A stretch of 64,000 bases of DNA. Origin: Eledone cirrhosa. Taxonomy: Eukaryota. Under the pieces are notes generated by a model. It ran no database searches. It saw only the letters and a program-made list of their open reading frames with translations, and was not told the DNA's origin. Location of the stretch: the NCBI GenBank assembly GCA_964016885.1, contig OZ024750.1, positions 40,486,001 through 40,550,000 of the forward strand, in the 5' to 3' direction. A program made the translations under genes and the position numbers. Below, in pieces: positions 39,943 to 52,345 of this stretch; position 1 is the first letter of the stretch, and the number at the start of each line of letters is the position of its first letter.

Positions 39943-40021
39943 CTGTACATAGACCCGGGAAATGTACAGTAGCATTACACAGGTAAATGATAAATATGAT
40001 GCACCAAAGTTCTTTAGCCAT
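39943..40021 (-). CDS. TSPEAR: TSPEAR first coding exon (signal peptide MAKELWCIIFIIYLCNATVHFPGLCT)
   Basis: Preceded by a pyrimidine tract and AG acceptor (tttcattacag|AT ATG), followed by a G|gtaagt donor. 79 nt, phase 1, joining the next exon as ...PGLCT|DLHPVNLL, which parallels vertebrate TSPEAR ...PCTDLRPLDIL (recalled, not searched). Confidence 0.8.
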
Positions 40022-40069
40022 ATCTGTAATGAAATAGAAAGATCTATAATATATATATATATATATACG

Positions 40070-40460
40070 ATATTAATAAATGGAAACTATATTTATAAAA
40101 CCATATTTATTTCATTATACATATTTCAGGGATATTAAATTATGGTATGCCTTCATCAGACAAAATACAATATATAACAGTTTTACAAATAAGCTTTGAC
40201 GTACCCTATTAAAATGCAACAAAGGGTACGTCAAAGCTTATTTGTAAAACTGTTTATATATTGTATTTTGTCTGATGAAGGCATACCATAATTTAATTTG
40301 GTATTCCTGAAATATGTATAATGAAATAAATATGGTTTTATAAATATAGTTTCCATTTATTTAATATCGTATATCTACTCCAAATACTTGTCGAGTGCTT
40401 TATATCAGTTATAAAAATATTTACTTGTTGTATCCCAACAATTTTAAATAGAACTTTTGC
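40070..40460. mobile_element. Palindromic (TA)n-flanked mini-element with long-helix-II hammerhead core
   Basis: Arms about 40075-40207 and 40224-40362. CTGATGA-aggcatacca...tggtattcct-GAAA-tatgta at 40272-40318. Relatives at 24510-24650, 42290-42700, 59815-60190, 60295-60440 and 63000-63100. Confidence 0.8.
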
Positions 40461-40469
40461 ATATATATG

Positions 40470-40532
<63 letters not shown>

Positions 40533-40784
40533 TAACAACAAATTAAAGTTTAAGGAAAGAATCGGGATCTTCTGAAGATCGCGTTAAGGGTGAAAGCACC
40601 AATTCTTTGTTTAAACTGTAATCTGTACTAATAATTGTTTCTACTTTAGGCACAAGGCCAGCAATTATCCAGTGCATTACTGGTACTTTATTTTATCGAC
40701 CCTGTAAGGATGAAAGGCAAAGTAAACCTCGGTGGGATTTGAACTAATAATAACTATTTGTTCTACGGGTTTATATATATATAT

Positions 40785-41600
40785 ATAATCCTTATCGAGC
40801 TCTCTTCGGATTTTAGGTCTTCACATTTATTATTACTATATATATATATATAATCCTTATCGAGCTCTCTTCGGATTTTAGGTCTTCACATTTATTATTA
40901 CTATATATATATATATAATCCTTATCGAGCTCTCTTCGGATTTTAGGTCTTCACATTTATTATTACTATATATATATATATAATCCTTATCGAGCTCTCT
41001 TCGGATTTTAGGTCTTCACATTTATTATTACTATATATATATATATAATCCTTATCGAGCTCTCTTCGGATTTTAGGTCTTCACATTTATTATTACTATA
41101 TATATATATATAATCCTTATCGAGCTCTCTTCGGATTTTAGGTCTTCACATTTATTATTACTATATATATATATAAAACTAAATTTTAGGTCTTCACATT
41201 TATTATTACTATATATATATATATATAATCCTTATCGAGCTCTCTTCGGATTTTAGGTCTTCACATTTATTATTACTATATATATAATCCTTATCGAGCT
41301 CTCTTCGGATTTTAGGTCTTCACATTTATTATTACTATATATATATATATAATCCTTATCGAGCTCTCTTCGGATTTTAGGTCTTCACATTTATTATTAC
41401 TATATATATATATATAATCCTTATCGAGCTCTCTTCGGATTTTAGGTCTTCACATTTATTATTACTATATATATATAAAACTAAATTTTAGGTCTTCACA
41501 TTTATTATTACTATATATATATATATATAATCCTTATCGAGCTCTCTTCGGATTTTAGGTCTTCACATTTATTATTACTATATATATATAAAACTAAATT
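40785..41600 (+). repeat. Tandem array (about 13 units of about 65 bp) of a mini-element terminus separated by (TA)n
   Basis: Unit atccttatcgagctctcttcggattttaggtcttcacatttattattac + (TA)n. Matches element ends at 42160-42212 and 20600-20650 (reverse). Confidence 0.9.
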
Positions 41601-41849
41601 CAACCTCCGGGGGTCATCTTAATTTCTTTATTATTTTTATAACAGTCTGAATGAGTTGGGACTTAAGTACCTATTTATGTCACTGTTGTAATTATTTATA
41701 CTAAACTCGTCCTATGAACTGAGTGTTCTTACCCTTGGATGTTTCTACCAAACTTTTACTACAGTGTGTGTGTATATATATATACACACGCACATACATA
41801 TATATACACACACGCACATACATATATATACATATATATATATATATAT

Positions 41850-42102
41850 ATTAAAATAACAGATATATTTATTAAAATAACAGATATATATTTATTAAAA
41901 TAACAGATATATTTATTAAAATAACAGATATATATTTATTAAAATAACAGATATATATTTATTAAAATAACAGATATATATTTATTAAAATAACAGATAT
42001 ATATTTATTAAAATAACAGATATATATTTATTAAAATAACAGATATATATTTATTAAAATAACAGATATATTTATTAAAATAACAGATTAAAATAACAGA
42101 TT
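41850..42102. repeat. About 23-bp tandem repeat derived from the same mini-element family
   Basis: tttattaaaataacagatat(at), identical to the arm end at 20687-20706. Confidence 0.88.
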
Positions 42103-42207
42103 AATCTGTTATTTCAATAAATATTTGCTCTACGGTTCTTATATATTTGATATATATTTATCCTTATCGAGCCCTCTTTGGATTTTAGTCTTCACATTTA
42201 TTATTAT

Positions 42208-42260
<53 letters not shown>

Positions 42261-42695
42261 GGAGGTGAGTTTTATTGTAGCACAATAAAGCAATACAAAT
42301 ATCGGATAAGAAGCACTCAACAATTTATAGGACTGGAGTATAAATAATATAAAATCAAAAGATGGTTAAAAGAGTTCCATGTATTTTATTATTCAAAGGT
42401 ACAATGGTGTTTAAGTACGTTTTCATCAGACAAAATACTGGAATTGAATAATCAAAACCGTAGCGGTATGTCACATATCAAATCATATATTTTGTCTGAT
42501 GAAAACGTACTTAAACACCTTTGTACCTTTGAAATATGTATAATGAAATATATATTTTGATTATGAGAATATTTTTCATTTGTTAACATTTTGAATAATA
42601 TTAAATACTCCAGGAAAATCTATATCTTGTCGAGTGCTTCTAATCTATTGTAAAATTGTATTCGTTGATTAATCAACAAACCATATTAATCTTTG

Positions 42696-42759
<64 letters not shown>

Positions 42760-43451
42760 TTGTTTTAACTTATATATATATATAAGTTAAAACAATGAAA
42801 TAAAAAAATCAAGTCATTAGAGATATACTTCATTGCTTTACGATCGTTTCAACGTTTTCAACATATGGATTACATCGAGTTCTTCATGCAGAATAGACCC
42901 CACAACTTACTGTGGATACCTCTGTGTATATATATATATATATTATTATTATTATGTAATAAACAACATAAGTCCTATAAATTGTTGTTTATTACATAAT
43001 AATAATAATTAAGCTCTGTTGCCTACATAGAGCACTCTTTTTTCCTGGACTTTTCCGATGGAATTACTTCACATATATATATATATATATGGGAACAAGT
43101 AAGACCCCGACGGCTGAGCTCAAGCCGTTTCGACGGCTAATTCTGTACAGAATTAGCCGTCGAAACGGCTTGAGCTCAGCCGTCGGGGTCTTACTTGTTC
43201 CTATTACCCACTCTACTACCCTAAGTATTGAGTACTTTGGTGCGTTATGGTTCACCTGGTTCCTTACCACATTTCCTTCGTTATACCTCTGTATATATAT
43301 ATATAACAAAAGGTGTGGTAAGATACCAGGTGGACCATAAAGCACTTGATAAGTTCAGCTAGATTCCCGCCGTTCTAATACTGGTGGCTTAGTTTGGATC
43401 TAGCTGTCAAAACGGCCGGACCTCAGCCGTCGGGGTCATGACTATTTTCCA

Positions 43452-43484
<33 letters not shown>

Positions 43485-43512
43485 TACATACATACATACA
43501 TACATACATACA

Positions 43513-43947
43513 TACATACATACATACATACATACATGGTGGCTGCCAACTCGTTTTCGAGTATGGCCACTACTTTATATCCATGTAGGAGAACCCCTAC
43601 CGATGCGCTGAACGAATGTGACTTTTTAGTGCAGCCAGCGACTTGGAAACTCTGGTACAAACACTACACTTGTGACAATTATTGACACATAGTGCTGGGC
43701 CCATGGTACCATGTGACGACAAGTGCAGAGAGATCTCCAGATATAAAGCAATGCCTGTGCCGTGAAGCTTTTATAGTGAGCAAAGGCACTGCACAAAGCC
43801 AGTCCCACTCTCTTAACCAAGATGATATTTACCAAAAAGAAAAACAAGTCAACATCATTGGATACCATCAGGGTTGCAGGTGTTATATCAGAGTTTTCCT
43901 TCTCCTAGAATTCTGCCTTGACAAAGGCTAAGGGGTCATCTCTCCCG
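43513..43947 (-). mobile_element. Non-autonomous RTE-related (ATGT)n element
   Basis: Near-identical to 1455-1862, with long (ATAC)n on both sides. Confidence 0.78.
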
Positions 43948-43951
43948 TACA

Positions 43952-43987
<36 letters not shown>

Positions 43988-44449
43988 TATATATCAATAG
44001 TTGGAGACCTTCTATCTCTAAAAGGTTGACCTCTGATGGTTAACCTGATTGTTTAGGAAGGAAGAGAAGATATTATTTATATTATTATACAGATTACATG
44101 GCCAGAAATATAGTGAACGGTTTCTAGGAAGATAAGGTTAATGTTAATGAAATATTATCCTCCTTCTCTGGTTTAATTGTATTTAGTGTAGCTTTGGGTG
44201 GGATTGATTACAGGTTGGGACATAACAATAGTAGCAACAACAACGATCATATGGTGGTGGTGGGGGGTGATGATGATGATAATAATAAAATAACTGAATA
44301 GGAATAAGTTAAGGTTCCTTGCATGAGGGAACAGACGATAGTTTTATGTTTGTTTTATTCTAGCATTAAGTGAAAGAGAGAATGGATGACTGAAAGAAAG
44401 GCAAATGGATGAGTGAAGAAGCACACACACACACACACACACAGACACA

Positions 44450-44596
<147 letters not shown>

Positions 44597-44858
44597 TTCT
44601 ACTTTAGGCACAAGGCCAGCATATTTCTCAGTGCATTACTGGTACTTTATTTTATCGATCCTGTAAGGATGTAAGGCAAAGTTAACCTCGGCGGGATTTT
44701 GAACTCAGATCGTAAAGGGTCATAACGCTATGCTGCAAAACATGGCGTCCGACCCTCTACCGATACTGCCAATCCATATATATAATACTGCTGGGTTAGT
44801 TCGGATTTAGCTGTCCAAACGGCTGGAGCTCAGTCGTCGGGGTTCTGACTTTTTTTCC

Positions 44859-44894
<36 letters not shown>

Positions 44895-47554
44895 AAACAA
44901 AGGCGTGTGGTGAAGGCGTGTGGCTGAGTGGTTAGGGAATTGTTCGCAATCGTAAGGTTGTGAGTTCGATTCCTGGACCAGGCGATGCGTTATGTCCTTG
45001 AGCAAGACACTTTATTTCACGTTGCTCCTTCTACCTGGAGTTGCGACCGATAGATAGTATTAGCAGTTGGAAAGACCAACGGAAACATTGTTCCCTCGGT
45101 CCGATTTGACGAAAGTCGATCGTTAAAAAAAGAAAAAAAAAATATATATATATATATATATATGTATATACATATTCAATTATATTAAATAAATGGTGTT
45201 GATGATGATGATGATGTTAATGGTGGTGGCTATCATTATGGCGATGGCGGTGATGTTAAGTGTGACGGCGACGATAATAATCATTCTTTCTACTTTTGGC
45301 ACAAGGCCAGCAATCACCCAGTGCATTACTGGTACTTATTTTATCGACCCCGTAAGGATGAAAAGCAAAGTTAACCTAAGGCGGGATTTGAACTCAGACC
45401 ATAAAGGGCCGCAACTCTCTGCGTCAAAGCATGACGTCCGACCTTCTACTGATACTGCCCATCCACCATAATAATGCTGTTATTTTTATTGATTATGCCC
45501 AGATCTATCTGACTTATAACCGAAGGCGTTCCACTCGTGCCCATCCATCATTTTATATACGAGGGACTACATTATTCAATGTGTCTTTTATTTAAGAAGG
45601 TAGAGTGTAGTTTGAGTGCGATATACCTGCTTTTCTCATAGCCCCTGCAACCTAATTGAGCCTACAGATTTATATTGTAATATTCTATAGAATTAGTGCA
45701 AACTAAATTCTTTCGGCGACCGTCAATAAAAGTTATTCTTCCCACTGTGAGTCTTACGCGTAAATTAATTGCCAAATACTTTCTTCCATATGGTTTTATT
45801 GGGAAGCAGTGACATTTATGCTCTTCCCAGAAAACATTTAAGCCCCTACGTGAAATGAAGCGGATCCAACAGGTTTGACTAGAACTTACCCCCACGTCGC
45901 CGCCCCAAGGCTAATTATTGTGTTAAAAACAGTAAAACTCCCGCCGGCTCCAAACACAGCATTTCGGTGCTTCTCTGTACATTTTTTTTATGATGACCAA
46001 CCAGATGGAACGACAGAAGGAATAGCTTACAAATATGCCCAGATTTATCATAAAACTTTGACAATTTGATATGGAAATTGAAACCTAAATCTGGCAAGAG
46101 TAAGTACTACAGAGAGACATATAGAGCCGGAGGTATAGCCGAATGGTGATGAAGTTCGTTTAGCAATCACGAGCTCCGGGTTCGATCCCACATCATGGCA
46201 TTTTTTTTTACCATAGCTTCGGGTCGACCAACCCTTGTGAGTAAAATTAGGCAGAAATAACAACACAATAGGGACAGTATATGGAAGGTATATATTAGGT
46301 TAACGCTTGATATAGCAGGAAGAGGGTCTTAACGTTTCGGACACTAGTCCTTCATCAGAAGAAAGAATGAGAAATAAAATAGGTTGAGGGGACGGGTGGG
46401 ATGGAATTGGAAAAAAATGTCTTTAGATAAAAATAACAGGTCCATTCATGTTGATATGAGTGTGTTTTATTATTATTTCTGACAATATTATAACAATATG
46501 ACCCTCCCCAAATATAACAATATTTGCTTCAACACACGATTTCATATCAAAAACCTTGCAAAACAAATATATATATATACCTATTTCTCCTTCTCCGAAA
46601 GAAATCAGCCGTGTTCAGACCTGAAGAGTGATTGGGCTCCGTTAGTTTTAATATGTCCAAGACACACGATATGACAGGACGGCACTCCTTCGACTCCATC
46701 AGGAGTTACAAGTCCAAATATAGAATAACAATCTAAAAGACCATACATACAGCGTTTTGGCAGACCTTTGCAAATCTGGGCCCAAGTCACATGTGAAATG
46801 TAGGCCCTATTTCAAACAACTCTATTTTAATAACCAATGCAATACACCAATGATTTATGTAAGGGCCATGAGTATATACATGCAATACACACCCTAGGGT
46901 GAGTACCCCACCCCCACCCCCATCAAAACCCTGGGTTTACATTTCTCCCTTCTGGGTCTGGCTTGCTAACCCGTGCGTTCATTACAGGAGTTTTTCTATT
47001 TCAATCCGTAAATCCCGAGGGAGTCGTAGGGACACCATATTGACTTACGGTGTTTGTAGGGCATTTTAAACCTAGCAGATCCCATCTCTTTCCAGGTCTG
47101 AATAGGGACTTTCCAGAGAAGGATAAAGAGTGAGAGAATGGAAATGAGAACAAGATATGGAAGAAGAATCGACCCCAGTACTAGACTGGTACTTTTTTAT
47201 TGACCTCGAATGGATGAAAGGTAAAGTTGACCTCGAATGGATGAAAGGTAAAGTTGACCTGGGGTGGGGGGGATTTGAACTGAGAGAGTAGAGAGTCAGT
47301 ATGTGTACCACAAAGTATTCTATCCGACATTTTTACGACATTACAAGAGTTACAGTAACAAAGTTGTTTTAACTATTTATCTGTAAACCTTATTTTTCCT
47401 AACTCGAGAGAGTCTTTAAATATATATCTCCGATATCCGAATGGTTAAATGTCAGAAAAAGGGTACCCAGGAGTCGTGATCTGGATACAGTTCGGCTTCC
47501 TTAAAATATAAGAAGTTAAGGGCCGAAATACTCGCTTGAGGTGAGGAGTCTCTG

Positions 47555-47830
47555 AAGATCTTCTGCTGTTCAGCTCTCCTGGGAGTTTTTCTCTGAAGAC
47601 ATTCTGTTGTCCAACTCTCCTGGGAGTTTCGTCTCTGAAGTCCCTCTGCTGTCCACCTCTCTTGGGAGTTTCGTCTCTGAAGACCTTATGCTGTCCACCT
47701 CTCCTGGGAGTTTCGTCTCTGAAGTCCTTCTGCTGTCCAGCTCTCTTGGGAGTTTCGTCTCTGAAGTCCTTATGCTGTTCACCTCTCCTGGGAGTTTCGT
47801 CTCTGAAGTCTTTCTGCTGTCTAGCTGTCT
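47555..47830. repeat. 42-bp minisatellite
   Basis: ctctcctgggagtttcgtctctgaagtccttctgctgtccag, about 6 copies. Confidence 0.9.
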
Positions 47831-48914
47831 TGAGCGTTTCTTACCACCTTTATACAGAATTAATTAATTTATGTGAAGGCGCATGATTTAGTGGTTAGAG
47901 CGTCGGACTTACAATCGTGAGGTTGAGAGTTCGATCCTCGGACCAAGCGTTGTGTTGTGTTCTTTAGCAAGACACTTTATTTCACGTTGCTCCAGTTTAC
48001 TCAGCTCTAAAAATGAGTTGCGACGTCACTGGTGCCAAGTTGTATCAACCATTGCCTTTCCCTTGGACAACATCGGTGGAGTGAAGAGGGGAGGCTGGTA
48101 TACATGGGTGACTGTTTGTTTTCCACAAACAACCTTGCCGGGACTTCTGCCTCGGAGGGGAACTTTCTAGGCTCAAATCCCATGGTCATTCGTGACCAAT
48201 CGGAGTATTTACCCTTTAATTAACTTATATGTATTATAATTTGTAGAATTGTAGAATCCCGCCGAGGTTAACTTTACCTTTCATCCTTACGGGGTCGGTA
48301 AAATAAAGTACCAGTAATGCACTGGGTAATTTATGGCCTTGTGCCAAAAGTAGAAACAATTATAATTTGTAGAATTGTTAGTACGTCGGATGAAATGGTG
48401 CAATATTTCGTTACGGACCCCTTCGTTCTGGTTTCAAATCCAACCGAGATCAGCTTTTCTGGGGTCAATAAAATAAAATACTAGTAAAGTGTAACCAACT
48501 TTTGCCTCACCTCCCCACATAAATTACTGGTTTTGTACTTAAATTAGAAACTATTATGATAGGTTATATAATTTCGTCCAAAAATATGTGTGTATATCTG
48601 TGTGTAGTGCGTGTGTTCATATGTGTGAGTGTGTGTATGTGTGTGTGTTCATCAGTGTGTGTATGTGCATGTGTTTATATATATATATATGAATGGACCT
48701 GTTATTTTTATCTAAAGACATTTTTTCCAATTCCATCCCACCCGTCCCCTCAATCTATCTTATTTCTCATTCTTTCTTCTGATGAAGGACTAGCGTGCGA
48801 AACGTTAAGACCCTCTTCCTGCTATATCAAGCGTTAACCTAATATATACCTTCCATATACTCTACCGATTGTGTTGTTATTTCTGTTTACCTTTTACACA
48901 CACACACGCGCACG

Positions 48915-48955
<41 letters not shown>

Positions 48956-48986
48956 ACGCACACGCACACACACACGCACACACACT

Positions 48987-49160
48987 CGTCATCGTCATCG
49001 TCATCGTCGTTTAACGTCCATCTTCCACGCTAGCATGGGTTTGGACAGGAGTTTTCCCACTTGAGGCAAGAGTAGTTGTCTTGCTCGCATAGGACTGTCT
49101 GGCGGGTTTTCTACAGCTGGATGCCCTTCCTAACACCAACCACGTTTACAGTGTGGACTG
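48987..49160 (-). mobile_element. RTE-related short element 3' end with (GACGAT)n tail
   Basis: Reverse strand reads ggttggtgttaggaagggcatccagctgtagaaa...catgctagcgtggaagatggacgttaaacgacgatgacgat. Confidence 0.6.
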
Positions 49161-49694
49161 GGAGGTTTTTACTGTGTTACCTACACGGCCACATTACAAC
49201 GTGGACTGTGAGTTTTTTCGTCGTGACACCTACACGACCTCATTTGTTTCGGACTGGATGTTGTGGTACCAACATAACTTTACATTGAAAGGGGTGGTAT
49301 GGATGGGGTGGGGGTAGTGGGACGGGGGTGTATTTTTGTTAGAGGTGCCTACTGACTCTAGGTTTCGCTTTGTACTTAGGCAAGGCGGGTCTTCTGTATT
49401 ACTATGTGTGTGTTTGTTATACATTTACATTGTGTCACGTTCTACAAACTTCATTAATCGAGAGAAGACTTAACGACGAGACCTGGAACTATTTTAAAAG
49501 TCATTGTCTGGTGTATCTTACATCTCTGTAGATATTGTATATTGTAAGGTCGAAGTCACTGACAACACTTCCATTTCAAACAGTCACTTTCAAACCAAAT
49601 ATGAGGCTTTAATGTGGTCGCTTAACATGCTAGAAATAGCAACCAACGCATAACAAAAAAAAAAAAAAAAAAGGATCTTTAATGAATGATGTAG

Positions 49695-50165
49695 TTGTAC
49701 CGGTCACCGTCTAGACCTCTGGTATCCTTGGTCCCTCTTTTGTACCGGTCATCATCAACATCTTTAGTGTCTTTGGTCCCTCTTTTGTACTGGTCACCAT
49801 CAAGATCTCTGGTGTCGTTGGTCGCTCTTTTGTACCGGTGACCATCAAGATCTCTGGTGTCCTTCTTGCCCCCCCCCCCCCCTTTGTACCGGTCACCATC
49901 AAGATCTCTAGTGTCCTTGCCCCCCCCCCCCCCCCTTGTACCGGTCACCATTATGATCTCTGGTGTCCTTGGTCCTTCTTTTGTACCAGTCACTGTCGAG
50001 ACCTCTGATATCCTTGGCCTTCCCCCAAATCGGAAAGACAGCAGCCAGCCCTATGAAGGGAACCCGTGAGGCGGGTTGGCTGTTGTAGCGGGTCTCGCTG
50101 GCCATTCTCTGTGGCAATGCTTTCCTCATTATGTCTGTGGGGCACAGCTGAATCACAACTCAGAC
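49695..50165 (+). mobile_element. Degenerate CRE-like endonuclease fragment preceded by a minisatellite amplified from it
   Basis: Units of about 45 bp (tttgtaccggtcaccatcaagatctctggtgtccttggtccc) run into FVPVTVETSDILG and gaacccgtgaggcgggttggctgttgtagcgg, homologous to 29260-29430. Confidence 0.65.
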
Positions 50166-50846
50166 TGGGGCGTAGAGTCTGTCCCTCCATCACTCCCTCT
50201 CTCCCTTTTCTTCATTGTTTCATTCTATTTTTTCTTTTTCTTTTTTCCCTTTCCTTTTTGTGAGTGGGGGTCATTTAAACACTATTATTTTTGTCTAACT
50301 TAACAATGTTATCTTATAATTGTTTCTACTTCTGGCACAAGACCAGCAATTACCCCAGTGTATTACTGGTACTTTATTTTATCGACCCCGTAAGGATGAA
50401 AGGCAAAGTTCATCTCGGCGGGATTTGGTTAACTTTGCCTTTGTTATCTTATAATTGTTTCTACTTTAGGCACAAGGCCAGCAATCACCCAGTGCATTAC
50501 TGGTACTTTATTTTATCGACCCCGTAAGGATGAAAGACAAAGTCAACCTCGGCGGGATTTGAACTCAGATCGTAAAGGGACGTAACTATGCTGGAAAGCA
50601 TTGCGTCCGACCCTCTACCGATACTGCCAATCCACCGCCCTTATCTTATAATAACTAACAAATATATTTGAAATTTCCCGGCCAACATTTAATATGGTCA
50701 GGTGCTCGGATATCCTGGTAAAATGAAGGGATGCGCATGGTTGGAATGTCTTTGATCATAGAATTGCTTAATTAGGACTGGCTTGACTCGGGGTTAAACA
50801 ACAACTACAACCACAACAACGAGAAAACGAGAGAGTTACTCTAGAT

Positions 50847-51188
50847 CAGAGGTTTTCAAAGTGGACCCTACCGGCCCACGGGGGGCGTTGAGAAGGTCTA
50901 GGGGTCGCTGGGGCCTAGGGGGTGGGTGGGAGTGGTAGAGATGCCAAAACAGTATATTAAATATTAAATGATACATATTATATATAAATATAGTAAAATA
51001 AAAAATATATATTATTTATTTATACATATATATTATATTATTTATTATATATAAATTAACGATTTTATTTATTATATATTATTTACAATTTGTGTGTAGG
51101 TAGGTCTCTCTAGATATAGGGGTGGGGGTGCTGGGGGTATTACGGGCCCTTGAGGGGAGGCGACGGCCCAAAAGTCTGAGAACCTCTG
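50847..51188. mobile_element. hAT-type MITE
   Basis: TIR cagaggttttca ... tgagaacctctg, ctctagat target-like site. Confidence 0.72.
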
Positions 51189-51660
51189 GCTAGAAATAGC
51201 AACCAGATTTCACGAAAACACACCACACTGACTTAAAAAGTGAACGACACACTGGACAATGCAGTCATAGATCTAATGTAAAAAAATGGAATGGTCAGTT
51301 TTGGAACCCCTTTCGTCTTAGGTGTAATCAGAGAATATACGGGGCTAAAAACAACTGTATCTTTACTATGATAGGACAAAGATCGGTATAATGGTAGTAA
51401 TAGGTAGAGCGTCGAACAACATGCTTTGCAGCATAGATTTACGGCCCTTTATATTGTGAGTTCAAATCCCGCCGAAGTTAGCTTTGCTTTTCATCCTTAC
51501 AGGGTCAATAATGCACCAGTAATGCACTGGGGTCGATTTAATCAACTTTCTCCCAAATTGTTGGCCTTGTGTCTAAATCAAACTGTTCTTGTTTATATTT
51601 ATTGATTTTTAAAAATAATAGCAGCAGACAATATTCAATCAGTTAATCGATAATCTGAAC

Positions 51661-52177
51661 TAGAGGTTCTGAACGTGGGAACCAGCCCACCCTGGGGGTG
51701 TTGAGAAGGTCCAGGGGGGGGGGGGTGCTGGGGTCTAAGGGGGTGGTGGAGATAATATAACAGTATATTAAATATCAAATGATACATATTATATATAAAT
51801 ATAGTAAAATATAAAATATATAATATTTATTTATATATTGGATTGGCAGTATCGGTAGAGAGTCGGACACCATGCTTTGCAGCAAAGAGTTACGGCCCTT
51901 TATGGTCTGAGTTCAAATCCCGCCGAGGTTAACTTTGCCTTTCATCCTTATGGGGTCGATAAAATAAAGTACCAGTAATACACTGGGATAATTGCTGGCC
52001 TTGTGCCAAAGTAGAAACAATTATATTATTTATTATATATATATATTAACAATTTTATTTATATATTATTTACAATTTGCGTGTGGGTAGGTCTCTCTGG
52101 AAATAGGGGTGGGGATGCTGAGGGTATTACGGGGCTGTGAGGTGGGTGGTGGGCCCCAAAAGTCTGAGAACCTCTGA
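51661..52177. mobile_element. Second copy of the hAT-type MITE with nested SINE (51838-52025)
   Basis: Homologous to 50847-51188. Flanks atctgaac / atctaaag form an imperfect 8-bp TSD. Confidence 0.72.
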
Positions 52178-52345
52178 TCTAAAGTGTCGGTTGTTCCGTT
52201 GATGGAACACATGCAAGACTCATCGTGGAAAGCGACGGAAGTCCATCTGTTTAGTACTACAGGTGTCTATCTAATAGTGTAAGGTTAGTAAAGTTATTTG
52301 TAGCGATAAAAGGGAGGACCTACCTTGTTGGACCTACAGGTACAC

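Noticed and set aside
40785-41600. CRISPR-like repeat/spacer appearance
   Set aside because: The spacers are only (TA)n, the context is eukaryotic and there are no cas genes. The unit matches a mini-element terminus.
44913-44985. tRNA gene (also 14262, 46128, 47875)
   Set aside because: A and B boxes continue into SINE bodies found in multiple copies, with no complete cloverleaf. These are SINE heads.
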